Below are positions 53,565-62,767 of a stretch of 64,000 bases of DNA, one piece after another. A program made the position numbers and the translations under genes. Below the pieces are notes generated by a model. It searched no databases and was not told the origin of the DNA. It saw nothing but the letters and a program-made list of their open reading frames with translations. The DNA is from an uncultured Verrucomicrobiae bacterium. GTDB lineage: Bacteria > Verrucomicrobiota > Verrucomicrobiia > Chthoniobacterales > JAFAMB01. Every line of letters starts with the position of its first letter. The first letter of the stretch is position 1. The stretch is taken from the NCBI GenBank assembly GCA_963762565.1, contig CAVXLD010000002.1, positions 1-64,000 of the forward strand. The letters are read 5' to 3'.

Positions 53565-54604
53565 AGCTTGGTGCAACTGCCATAGATGACGTGGAAACCG
53601 GCTCCCATCGATAGCCACCGGATTGGTTGGCCGGGCTGCGCCTGATCCAATAGATCCCTCAGAATGTGCAAAATACTGGCGCTGCTCATATTTGAGAAAG
53701 TGCGAAAATGTCGAATCGATGGTTCGAGACGGGCTCTATCGAGACCGATCCGCTTGGCTACACTCAAAAGCAACATCATTCCCGCGGGATGGACTGCCCA
53801 GAGGCTATCTTTCGTGTCTGCCCAATCGATTTCGCTGAGCGCACCCAAGAGACCCGTCCTAACCTTCCGATCGAAACCCTCGAAATCGGAAACGCTAAAA
53901 CGATAGTAATTCGAGCTATAATCCCAGCGAATCAGGTCTGCGTCCCCGCGATGCGACGAATTGATTGGACCGAGTTCAGCCAACGCTCCAGTCGGGTCAG
54001 TAGAAAGCCAAATGCCGGAGGCGCCGTCCCCAAAGGTACAGATCCCTTGCCAATTGGATCGATCTACGGACAACGGGTCTGCTAACGTGGAGGTCGGTTC
54101 AACCACCGCAACCAAGACGTTCCGATGGTGGCTATCGAGGGTCGAGGCAAGTTGAAGAGCTCGAGAGCTAGCGGTGCACCCTCCGTTGCCTAAGTCCAGC
54201 AACAGGGCGTCGCTTTTGACCTGAGATCGTAAGCTGGACGCTAACCGGTCAGCGATCCCGGGCAAAAGTTGTCCCACACTGGAAACTCCGATCACTGCGT
54301 CAAACGCTTCGGAACCGGCCGACCTCACTTCTTTGCTGAGTGTGCCGATTGACTCAGTCACGGCGGCGGCAAAAGCAGCGGCATGGTCTTCGAAAGAAGC
54401 CAGATCAAGGAAACGCGGACACTGCACGTAACGCGTTCGCGAGCCGATTAGAAACAGTCGGATTAGGGACAGTAAATGTTCGGTTTCCGCTTCTGGCCGG
54501 TTTGCTTTGCCCCGCAGGTGCGCGCTAATCCGGGCGAAAACCTCGCGGTTATCCCACTGCTCCCCTACGACCGGGGTATAGACTGATCTGATATACCACT
54601 TCAC
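53561..54604 (-). CDS. Type III polyketide synthase-like condensing enzyme
   Basis: GGCTA (Cys), FGDGA, VHPAG (His), NMSSASI (Asn), MGAGF. Confidence 0.88.
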   Translation of the reverse strand: MKWYIRSVYTPVVGEQWDNREVFARISAHLRGKANRPEAETEHLLSLIRLFLIGSRTRYVQCPRFLDLASFEDHAAAFAAAVTESIGTLSKEVRSAGSEAFDAVIGVSSVGQLLPGIADRLASSLRSQVKSDALLLDLGNGGCTASSRALQLASTLDSHHRNVLVAVVEPTSTLADPLSVDRSNWQGICTFGDGASGIWLSTDPTGALAELGPINSSHRGDADLIRWDYSSNYYRFSVSDFEGFDRKVRTGLLGALSEIDWADTKDSLWAVHPAGMMLLLSVAKRIGLDRARLEPSIRHFRTFSNMSSASILHILRDLLDQAQPGQPIRWLSMGAGFHVIYGSCTKL

Positions 54605-54701
54605 TAGCTAGACTGGCTTCGGAGAACTGTACCTTCCCCAGTGTACAAATTCTCGCTCCGAAATTGCAGCAGAATGTTTAGGATAAAAGAGAGAATTGTC
54701 A

Positions 54702-54946
54702 CGGCAGGGCGAAAAACTGGTGGGGCGAGGCTCCCGAAGGCCCAGGCATTGAGCAGGGAAAATCTGCAAAACAACCTAGCTGAATAGTCAGCGAGGCCTG
54801 TAAACGCGCTGAGCCGAGACCCAGCGATAGACGCGGCTCGGCAGGCTCAACGGCTTAACAATGATATCCGGCCCGAATTCGCCGGATGCTTCGCGAGCGC
54901 GTTGGATCTTTCGGGAGCCTCGCCCCACCAGTTTTCCGCCCTACCG
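54702..54946. repeat. Family A copy 6 (54719-54929) nested within family B termini
   Basis: CGGCAGGGCGAAAAACT-[A]-AGTTTTCCGCCCTACCG. Confidence 0.88.
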
Positions 54947-55004
54947 ATCAGGGGCTGCATCACGCATCGCCCATTCGCTCATTCGCCGACACGCCCAAAC
55001 GCCT

Positions 55005-56996
55005 TCAGAACCCAACCCTCCACTCCTCGCACAACTCGCCCGGAATCTCTCCCAAGAACCGAGAAGGACGTTGGACCCGCTGGTCGAGATTGCCGTTTGG
55101 CCAAATCGCCGGATAAAGAAAATAGAGCTGGTCTTTCGCCCGGGTGATAGCCACATAGAAAAGCCGGCGCTCTTCCTCGACGTTGTCGGTGGACTCCAAA
55201 GACCGGGCACTGGGGAACATCCCGTCGGTCAGCCAAACGATGAACACCGCCTGCCATTCGAGACCTTTTGCTTGGTGAACCGTGGAAAGGGTCACTCGTT
55301 CCCGATCCTCGTCTTGGGTAGTGAGTTGTTCGGTCTCACCGGTCGCCATCAGGGAGAGCTGACTAAGAAACTCGACCGGATCGGTGAACCCGCGAGCAAA
55401 ATTCTCTAACGCCGTAAGATCCTCGCGGCGTTGTTCATGGTTGGAATACTTGGACTTCAGGTAGTCGTCGTAGATCGCTTCGAGAATGCTGTGGATCATG
55501 GTAGTCGGTGGAACCGGTTTTTTCTCGGGCGCGATCTCGTCCAGAGTATGCCGAAGCTGCTCCCAAGCCCTTTGCGCTTTCGCCGGCGCTTTCCCTATCT
55601 CCAACCAAGCGCCAAAAGTAGTTCTGGTTTCGGACGGGGCCAGGTTGATTTGTTCCCACAGTTTTTCAGCGTTACGCGCAGCGATTCCTGGAAGCAGCCG
55701 AACCATTCGTTTAAAGGCGACTTCATCCGACGGATTGGTAACAAACTTCATGAAGGCAGCCACATCTTTGATATGAGCCTGTTCGAAGAAACGCAGACCG
55801 CTGGTAATCGAGTAAGGGATCCCGGCACGGGTTAACGCCAGTTGCACCTCCAAAGATTGAAAATGAGAGCGGTAAAGCACCGCGATTTCTTCCAAGTCTA
55901 CCCCTTCGTCGCGCAACTCCAGAATACGCTGCGCCACAAACACGGCCTGTTGATTGTTATCAAGTAAAGGCACCAGCGCTGGTTTCAATTCGGTGCCTTT
56001 TCTGTCCGGCCGTAGCACCTTCGAGAATTGACGAGCATTCGGACGAATCGCGGCGTTGGCTACCTGCAAGACTTCCGGTACGCTACGATAGTTCGTCTCA
56101 ATCTTGTAGATCGCGGCCGCGGGATAACGTTTGGGAAAATCCAGGATGTTCTGATAGTTGGCGCCGCGCCACGAGTAGATCGATTGCGCATCGTCGCCCA
56201 CCACCATTACGCTTTGATGACGGGCTGCCAGCAGATCAATGAACTCGGACTGGAGCCGATTCGTATCCTGGTATTCGTCGACTAGAATGAATTGAAAATA
56301 GCGCTGATAGAATTCGGCGATCTCCGGCTTCGTCTTGAATAGCTCGACGATCTTAATGAGCAAATCATCGAAATCCATCGCGTTGGCCGCTCGTTTCCGT
56401 TCCTCATACCGTTTCTGAATCCACTCGATTTGGTTGGTGAGCGGAAGAAACCGCCGGTAACGTTCCGCGATCACCTGCGGCAGCGGGCGATCGGTGTTCA
56501 GGGCAAAGCTATAGAGGTCTCCCAGTACTTCTCCAGTCGGGAAACGGACCTGCGTAGTATCAACTTCCTCGCTAGCAACAACGGCAGTCAAGAGGTCTTC
56601 CTGGTCTTCCCGGTCCATGATGCTGTACCCGGGCCGGAAACCGATCTCGAGAGCATGTTTTCGCAGCAACCGGTTCCCAACTGAATGGAAAGTTCCACCC
56701 CAGATCGCGGTGGTTTCTAGCGGCACCAACGATTGAACCCGAGTTAGCATCTCGCGTGCGGCCTTGTTGGTAAAGGTCAGCAAAAGAATTGACTGCGGCT
56801 CCACGCCGTTATCGAGCAACCAGGCAACGCGGTAGGTCAGGGTACGCGTTTTGCCGCTGCCCGCTCCTGCCAAGACCAGAGAGGGACCAGGCCCCGAAGT
56901 CACCGCTGCGTACTGCTGGTCGTTAAGTTCCGCGCGGTAATCGATGCTACTGCTCGAAACTGAGGGCAAGTGCTTGAGCTGGTACTCGCGGGCCAT
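55005..56996 (-). CDS. UvrD/PcrA-family helicase
   Basis: AGAGSGKT, TFTNKAA, VDEYQD, VGDDAQSIY, HQAKGLE, EERRLFYVA. Confidence 0.96.
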   Translation of the reverse strand: MAREYQLKHLPSVSSSSIDYRAELNDQQYAAVTSGPGPSLVLAGAGSGKTRTLTYRVAWLLDNGVEPQSILLLTFTNKAAREMLTRVQSLVPLETTAIWGGTFHSVGNRLLRKHALEIGFRPGYSIMDREDQEDLLTAVVASEEVDTTQVRFPTGEVLGDLYSFALNTDRPLPQVIAERYRRFLPLTNQIEWIQKRYEERKRAANAMDFDDLLIKIVELFKTKPEIAEFYQRYFQFILVDEYQDTNRLQSEFIDLLAARHQSVMVVGDDAQSIYSWRGANYQNILDFPKRYPAAAIYKIETNYRSVPEVLQVANAAIRPNARQFSKVLRPDRKGTELKPALVPLLDNNQQAVFVAQRILELRDEGVDLEEIAVLYRSHFQSLEVQLALTRAGIPYSITSGLRFFEQAHIKDVAAFMKFVTNPSDEVAFKRMVRLLPGIAARNAEKLWEQINLAPSETRTTFGAWLEIGKAPAKAQRAWEQLRHTLDEIAPEKKPVPPTTMIHSILEAIYDDYLKSKYSNHEQRREDLTALENFARGFTDPVEFLSQLSLMATGETEQLTTQDEDRERVTLSTVHQAKGLEWQAVFIVWLTDGMFPSARSLESTDNVEEERRLFYVAITRAKDQLYFLYPAIWPNGNLDQRVQRPSRFLGEIPGELCEEWRVGF

Positions 56997-57030
56997 GATA
57001 AGAGGATAAAGGAGCTAGGAGCGAGAATCT

Positions 57031-57484
57031 AGCGAATGGGCGAAAGAGCGCACCGGCGAAAGGGCGAAACGGCGAAAGGGCGAAACGGCGTATCGGCGTA
57101 TCGGCGTCTCGGCGAATGGGCACAGCGACGACAAGCGCCCGGAGGGGAGCCGCTTTGGCGCGTGCCGCAAAAGCCACCCCAACTTTGCTCAATCATGAGC
57201 ACGACAGAGAAATGTGCTTAACAGGCGGCTCCCGCGAATAGCCCAGCGGGGTGTAGCTCCACCGCTCGGGCAAAAGACGAATGAAATCGGTGGGCGAAAC
57301 ATTGCGTTGGGTAATTCCCGGGAGCCGCCTGCTTTCACGTTTTGAGATCAGCCTCGCGATATAACAAATATCGAAGGTCGTAAGGCACGAGCCAAAGCGG
57401 CCCCCCTCCGGGCGCTCGTCGTCGCCGCGCCTCGCATCGCGGCCATCGCCCTTTCGCCGGTGCGCCGTTTCGCCGATTCGCCCC
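57031..57484. repeat. Composite: (GGCGAAA)n, family D nested inverted repeats, (TTCGCC)n
   Basis: Outer inverted repeat 57125-57166/57384-57425; inner inverted repeat 57222-57245/57308-57331. Confidence 0.88.
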
Positions 57485-58195
57485 CTACGCTCCGCCGAGG
57501 TAAGATTCGCGGACTAAGCTATTGGCTTTAAGATTTTCCGATTTGTCTTCCAAAATTACCCGACCGGTTTCGAGCACGTAACCGTAATTGGAGATTTCCA
57601 AGGCTAGGTTCGCGTTCTGTTCAACCAACAGAATCGTGATGCCGAGCTGCCGATTGATTTCGACGATCTTTTCGAAAATGGTTCGGACCAGAAGAGGAGC
57701 AATGCCAAGCGACGGCTCATCTAACATCAAATAGGCCGGTTTACTCATCAGAGCGCGACCAATCGCTAGCATCTGTTGTTCGCCTCCGCTCAACGTGCCT
57801 GCCACTTGCTTTTCACGCTCTTTCAAGCGTGGAAAGATCGAGTACACGTATTCATAGTCGGTCTTGAGTTCGCCGTTGTTTTTCCGGCGATAAGCTCCCA
57901 TCTGGAGATTTTCTACAACTGTCAGGTTCGGAAAAATCATCCGGCCCTCCGGGACCTGGGTTATTCCCAGGCCGACAATCAGGTGAGGCGCCCAGTTAGT
58001 TATGTCTTTGCCCTCGAGTTGAATCTGCCCACTCTTTACCCGCAACAACCCTGATACCGAGCGTAACGTGGTGGATTTGCCGGCGCCGTTGCTCCCGATC
58101 AACGTCACGATCTTCCCTTTCTCCACCCGAATATTAATCCGGTGAAGGGCCGTGATCGAGCCGTAGGCCACCTCGAGGTCTTTAGCTTCTAACAT
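57485..58195 (-). CDS. livF: Branched-chain amino acid ABC ATPase
   Basis: GSNGAGKST, LSGGEQQMLAIGRAL, DEPSLG. Confidence 0.95.
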   Translation of the reverse strand: MLEAKDLEVAYGSITALHRINIRVEKGKIVTLIGSNGAGKSTTLRSVSGLLRVKSGQIQLEGKDITNWAPHLIVGLGITQVPEGRMIFPNLTVVENLQMGAYRRKNNGELKTDYEYVYSIFPRLKEREKQVAGTLSGGEQQMLAIGRALMSKPAYLMLDEPSLGIAPLLVRTIFEKIVEINRQLGITILLVEQNANLALEISNYGYVLETGRVILEDKSENLKANSLVRESYLGGA

Positions 58196-58257
58196 GGCAG
58201 CAATGACAGATGACAAATTTTTGAGGACCGCATTTGCTATGTGCTATCTGCTATTAT

Positions 58258-59019
58258 TCACTCCCCCAAGTAGGCTTGAATCACCTTGGGGTCGCGCCGG
58301 ATTTCTTCGGGGGCTCCCTCGGCGATGGCTAGGCCATAGTCTAAGACGTAGATTCGTTTGCAGATGCCCATGACCACGCGCATATCGTGCTCCACCAGCA
58401 ACACCGAGATGTCGAATTTCTCCTGAATGAATTCGATGAGATTCATGAGAGCGCTCTTCTCGGTCGGATTCATACCAGCGGCCGGCTCGTCCAACAGTAA
58501 GAGCCGCGGCTTAGTGGCGAGCGCCCGGACGATCTCCAGGCGGCGCTGGTCGCCATACGGCAGACTTTTACACATGACATCGCGAAAGCGATCCAGGTTA
58601 AAGATCTTTAACAGGTCCATGGCTTGCGCTTCGATGTCAGTTTCTTCCCGCTTAAATTTGGCGCCACGGGTCAGAGCGTGAATAGGACCATGTTTGAGAT
58701 GCAGGTTAAAAGCAGCCCGCACGTTATCGAACACGGTCAATGAAACGAAGAGACGGATATTTTGGAAAGTTCGCGCGATCCCGCGGGCCGTAATATTAAA
58801 CGGCTTCAAACCATTCAGAAGTTCGCCGTTAAGAAAGATTGATCCTTCAGTGGGTTGATAGACGCCGGTGATCATATTGAAGACCGTAGTCTTTCCCGCG
58901 CCGTTTGGTCCGATCAAGCCCACCAGCTCACGGTTCCCGATCGACATATTGAAGTTCGATACTGCCGTGAGACCGCCAAAACGGATGGTGCAGCAATCAA
59001 CTTTCAATAAGGCATCCAT
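58258..59019 (-). CDS. livG: Branched-chain amino acid ABC ATPase
   Basis: GPNGAGKTT, LPYG.QRRLEI, DEPAAG. Confidence 0.95.
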   Translation of the reverse strand: MDALLKVDCCTIRFGGLTAVSNFNMSIGNRELVGLIGPNGAGKTTVFNMITGVYQPTEGSIFLNGELLNGLKPFNITARGIARTFQNIRLFVSLTVFDNVRAAFNLHLKHGPIHALTRGAKFKREETDIEAQAMDLLKIFNLDRFRDVMCKSLPYGDQRRLEIVRALATKPRLLLLDEPAAGMNPTEKSALMNLIEFIQEKFDISVLLVEHDMRVVMGICKRIYVLDYGLAIAEGAPEEIRRDPKVIQAYLGE

Positions 59020-60137
59020 TACTTTGAAGCAGGTGAAGCCACTCGTTTGCGGCTACCGGCTAAATCTCCAAACAACCCCTGCGGTCGAGTAAGCATCATG
59101 ATGATCAAGAGGAGCGAATAAAGGATCAAACGATTCTCTAAAAGCCCTTGTAATGGTGGCAAGTGGATTGGGATGACGCTCTCGAGCGCTTTCTGGAAGG
59201 CCGGCACGAAGTCGGTGTGCGCCAATGCCCGCAATAGTTCCGGCAAGATAGTCAGGAGAATTGCCGCGAGTATCACTCCGGTCGTACTGCCCATGCCGCC
59301 GAGAATGACCATCACGACCACATCAACTGACTTAAAAAAGTTAAATCCTTCCGGAGTCAAATACCCGGTGTAATGAGCAAACAAAGAGCCGGCAGTGCCG
59401 GCGAAAAAGGCGCCAACCACAAACGCAATCACTTTATATTTCGTGGTATTGATCCCCATGGCTTCAGCGGCCACTTCATCGTCACGGACAGTCAGAAAAG
59501 CGCGGCCATAAGTGGAGTTTACCAAACCGAGGACGATATAGACGGCAACGGCAGCAATGCCGAACGTCCAAAACATGTTGGTATAAGTCCCCGTCACGCT
59601 CATGCCGCGAGCTGCACCTAGGAAATCAATATTCAGAATGAGCGTACGAATGATTTCTCCGAACCCGAGGGTCACAATAGCGAGATAGTCACCTCGCAAC
59701 CTCAGCGACGGGATACCGACCGCCAGGCCGGCCAGGGCAGCCAGAAAACCGCCGAACAGAGTCGCAATTGCCAAATCCAGATTGTCTGCGACCGCGGTTG
59801 GAAGCGCAAACGGCTGCAAAAATGGAAACGGCTTTAACACGAAAGTCAGAATGCCGTTTGATCCCGCCAAAAAGTTGACTAGACCTGGACCCAAGTGAGC
59901 GGTCCAACTGCCGGCCGCGTAGGCGCCCACCGCCATAAAACCGGCATGACCCAAAGAAAATTGCCCGGTATAACCGTTTACCAGGTTCAAACTAACAGCG
60001 AGAACCACATTAATCCCGATGTTGATCAGGATGTCGTAGTAATAAGCTAAATGGGCCGCAAACGGGCGCTCGCCGGTAAGCGCAAACACATAGAGAAGAA
60101 GCAGAAAGACCCCCAGGATCGTACGCGCTCGGCTCAT
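59019..60137 (-). CDS. livM: Branched-chain amino acid ABC permease
   Basis: GQFSLGHAGF, LRLRGDYLAIVTLGFGE. Confidence 0.95.
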   Translation of the reverse strand: MSRARTILGVFLLLLYVFALTGERPFAAHLAYYYDILINIGINVVLAVSLNLVNGYTGQFSLGHAGFMAVGAYAAGSWTAHLGPGLVNFLAGSNGILTFVLKPFPFLQPFALPTAVADNLDLAIATLFGGFLAALAGLAVGIPSLRLRGDYLAIVTLGFGEIIRTLILNIDFLGAARGMSVTGTYTNMFWTFGIAAVAVYIVLGLVNSTYGRAFLTVRDDEVAAEAMGINTTKYKVIAFVVGAFFAGTAGSLFAHYTGYLTPEGFNFFKSVDVVVMVILGGMGSTTGVILAAILLTILPELLRALAHTDFVPAFQKALESVIPIHLPPLQGLLENRLILYSLLLIIMMLTRPQGLFGDLAGSRKRVASPASK

Positions 60138-61135
60138 ACTTTTTCCCGTTCAACGCGACCGAAAATGCCTGTTGGCTTGAAGAGCAAGATAATGATAAGC
60201 ACCGCGAAAGCGATGGCGTCGCGAAGTTGAGACAAGCCCTCGGGAAACAAATAGTGGAGGAAAGGAAACCAGTTCGCTAAATCGTTGGAATATCCTACCA
60301 CCAGCGTCTCCAAAACCCCGATAATTAATCCGCCTACGACCGCTCCGTTAATGTTTCCGATGCCACCCAGTACAGCCGCCACGAACGCTTTTATCCCTGG
60401 CAAATTACCCATCAGGGGATTGATCGAAGGCGAATCCATCGCCACTAAAATTCCAGCAGCAGCTGCCAAAGCTGAGCCAAGCGCAAAAGTGAACGAAATC
60501 ACGAGTCCGTTGTTCACGCCCATCAGAGAACAAGCGGTTGGGTTTACGGACAACGCTCTCATTGCCAGACCGAGTTTCGTCTTCATGACGATCAATCGGA
60601 GGAATACCATAAGCACAATGGTTGAGATGATAATCGCCGCTTGACTGCTCAATACCGTGAGATCTCCCAGGCCCTCGATCGCTCGAACTGGGATCAGCTG
60701 TTTGAAGGCTTGCGGCTGAGCCCCAACGAAGAACTGGGTCATGTTTTGTAAGAACAGAGAGACGCCAATGGCGGTGATTAGTACCGTCAATCGGGGTCGG
60801 TCCCGTAACGGTCGATAAGCGATCCGCTCGATTGCTACGCCAAGGATGGCGCAGAAAATCATCGCACCCAGCATCACGATCGCGGTGCAAGCAAATATCG
60901 GGACGAACGTGTGCCGACTGATCGCATTGAACTGGTCCAAAGGGATGAACTTGTAGAGCAAGTTCGTAATGGCGAAACCGGCATACGCACCCAGCATATA
61001 GACATCGCCATGCGCGAAATTAATGAACCGTAAGACCCCGTACACCATGGTGTAGCCGAGGGCGATCAGAGCATAGATCGAACCCAGCGAGAGGCCGTTT
61101 AGTAGCTGCTGTAGGAAAAGTATGACTTGTGCCAT
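60134..61135 (-). CDS. livH: Branched-chain amino acid ABC permease
   Basis: YALIALGYTMVYG, INFAHG, KAFVAAVLGG. Confidence 0.95.
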   Translation of the reverse strand: MAQVILFLQQLLNGLSLGSIYALIALGYTMVYGVLRFINFAHGDVYMLGAYAGFAITNLLYKFIPLDQFNAISRHTFVPIFACTAIVMLGAMIFCAILGVAIERIAYRPLRDRPRLTVLITAIGVSLFLQNMTQFFVGAQPQAFKQLIPVRAIEGLGDLTVLSSQAAIIISTIVLMVFLRLIVMKTKLGLAMRALSVNPTACSLMGVNNGLVISFTFALGSALAAAAGILVAMDSPSINPLMGNLPGIKAFVAAVLGGIGNINGAVVGGLIIGVLETLVVGYSNDLANWFPFLHYLFPEGLSQLRDAIAFAVLIIILLFKPTGIFGRVEREKV

Positions 61136-61232
61136 CGATTGATCGTGGATCCCTGAGCTCGTCCCGCTTGCCTGGGGCCTATATTCAGCGCATTTCAGGT
61201 ATTTAGGCCAGAATTTTTAACCGCAAACCCGT

Positions 61233-62384
61233 TCACGGTTCCACCCTCTGCACCATTTTGACCTGACCGTTTGCGATAGTGACGACGACCACCGGCTTAC
61301 TCGCGTTGCGTTGTTCGTCCAGCGAAATATTGCCCGTCACACCCGGAAAACCTTTCGTTGTGGCAAGGGCGTCCCGGATCTTAGCCGGTTCGGCGGAGCC
61401 GGCTCTCCGGATGGCATCGGCCAGCAGTCCGGCACCGTCATACCACAACGCAGCTAGGGCGTCAGGGGACGTCCCGTACTTGGCTTTATAAGCCCGGACA
61501 AAAGTTTGGACCAACGGCTCCGGGTCATCTGGAGAAAAATGATTGGTATAGAAACTCCCGTCAGCGCTCTTTCCCGCGACGGAGACCAAGGAAGGACTAT
61601 CCCAACCTTCACCGCCCACGAATGGCGCTTTTACTCCTAGTTGACGGGCCTCCCTTAAGATTAAGGCGGCTTCGGTGTAGTACGCCGGCACAAAAACCAC
61701 ATCGGGTTGCAGGCTTTTTAACGATGAAAGCTGCGCCCGAAAATCGGTATCACCACTACTGAAACTGAATTCTTCCAGAACTTGTCCTCCTTGTTGGCGG
61801 TAATAAGAGCTCAGTTCTGCGCTTACGCCGATACTGTAGTCTTGTTTGACGTCGGTCAGGATAACCGCACGCCGAGCATTAAGATGATCGATGGCAAATC
61901 GGGCCATAATCCGCCCGGTAAACGGATCAGTAAAACAACTTCGAAACACGTAATCGCCCACTTTAGTGACGGAAATTGCGGTGGCCGTGGGTGTGATCAG
62001 GGGAACATGGGCTTCCTGGGCCAAAGGAGCAGCTTCCATGGTCGCAGACGACGTAAGGTCGCCGAGAATCGCTACCACATGGTCTTGGGACAGGAATTTC
62101 CGGGCTATCCGCGCCGTCTCTCCCGCCTTTGAACCATTGTCGTCAACAATCAGGTCGATCGGCTGCCCCAGAACACCGCCCTTGGCGTTGATCTCCTCCG
62201 CCGCCATCCGCGCACCTCGAATACTGGAGACACCGAAAGTAGAGAGCGGACCACTGACACAGCTGACAGCGCCGATCTTGATTTGGGCGACCGCGGGCAG
62301 GGCGAAGAGGAAAATCGTGAGAAGTGAGACGAGAGAAGTGAAAGGTGAAAGGTCGGCCAGGAGCAGCCGGGATATCCTCCGCAA
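61233..62384 (-). CDS. LivK/LivJ-like binding protein 2 (probable TTG start)
   Basis: IKIG, YVFR.CF.D, SSGD.DFRAQL; paralogous to 62768..63895. Confidence 0.9.
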   Translation of the reverse strand: MRRISRLLLADLSPFTSLVSLLTIFLFALPAVAQIKIGAVSCVSGPLSTFGVSSIRGARMAAEEINAKGGVLGQPIDLIVDDNGSKAGETARIARKFLSQDHVVAILGDLTSSATMEAAPLAQEAHVPLITPTATAISVTKVGDYVFRSCFTDPFTGRIMARFAIDHLNARRAVILTDVKQDYSIGVSAELSSYYRQQGGQVLEEFSFSSGDTDFRAQLSSLKSLQPDVVFVPAYYTEAALILREARQLGVKAPFVGGEGWDSPSLVSVAGKSADGSFYTNHFSPDDPEPLVQTFVRAYKAKYGTSPDALAALWYDGAGLLADAIRRAGSAEPAKIRDALATTKGFPGVTGNISLDEQRNASKPVVVVTIANGQVKMVQRVEP

Positions 62385-62444
62385 CGTGCAGGAAAGGTGA
62401 TTGGTGATTTGTGATTGGTAAAAGACGGTGAGTCGTCTCGGACT

Positions 62445-62683
62445 GGTGGGGCGAGGCTCCCGCAAGTCCCTAAGGGTTTCGCAGGGCAAACAGTTCCTCA
62501 TAGGGCAAGATACGCAACGCCTAACAACGCGCCGAGCCGCGGCTCACCAGGGGTGTACGGCTCGGCAGGTTTGAGACATTGGAAGAGAAGTATTCGGCTG
62601 TGATGGTTCCGCTTTTGGCCCTTCTAGGCCGTTCCGGAGCCCGCCTCCGCCAAGCCTACGGCGCGGCAAGCTCTCGCCCCAGC
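62445..62683. repeat. Family A copy 7, right terminus interrupted by a 32 nt insert
   Basis: GGAGC-[62641-62672]-CTCGCCCC. Confidence 0.85.
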
Positions 62684-62767
62684 AAGTCGGCCCCATTCGG
62701 CATACACCGCCAATCACTTCTCACGTCTCACTTCTCACCTCTCACGAAGCCAGCCGTTTCAGCTGGC

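Noticed and set aside
57245..57270. tRNA-like start GCGGGGTGTAGCTC
   Set aside because: No anticodon or T arm follows; it lies inside the family D loop
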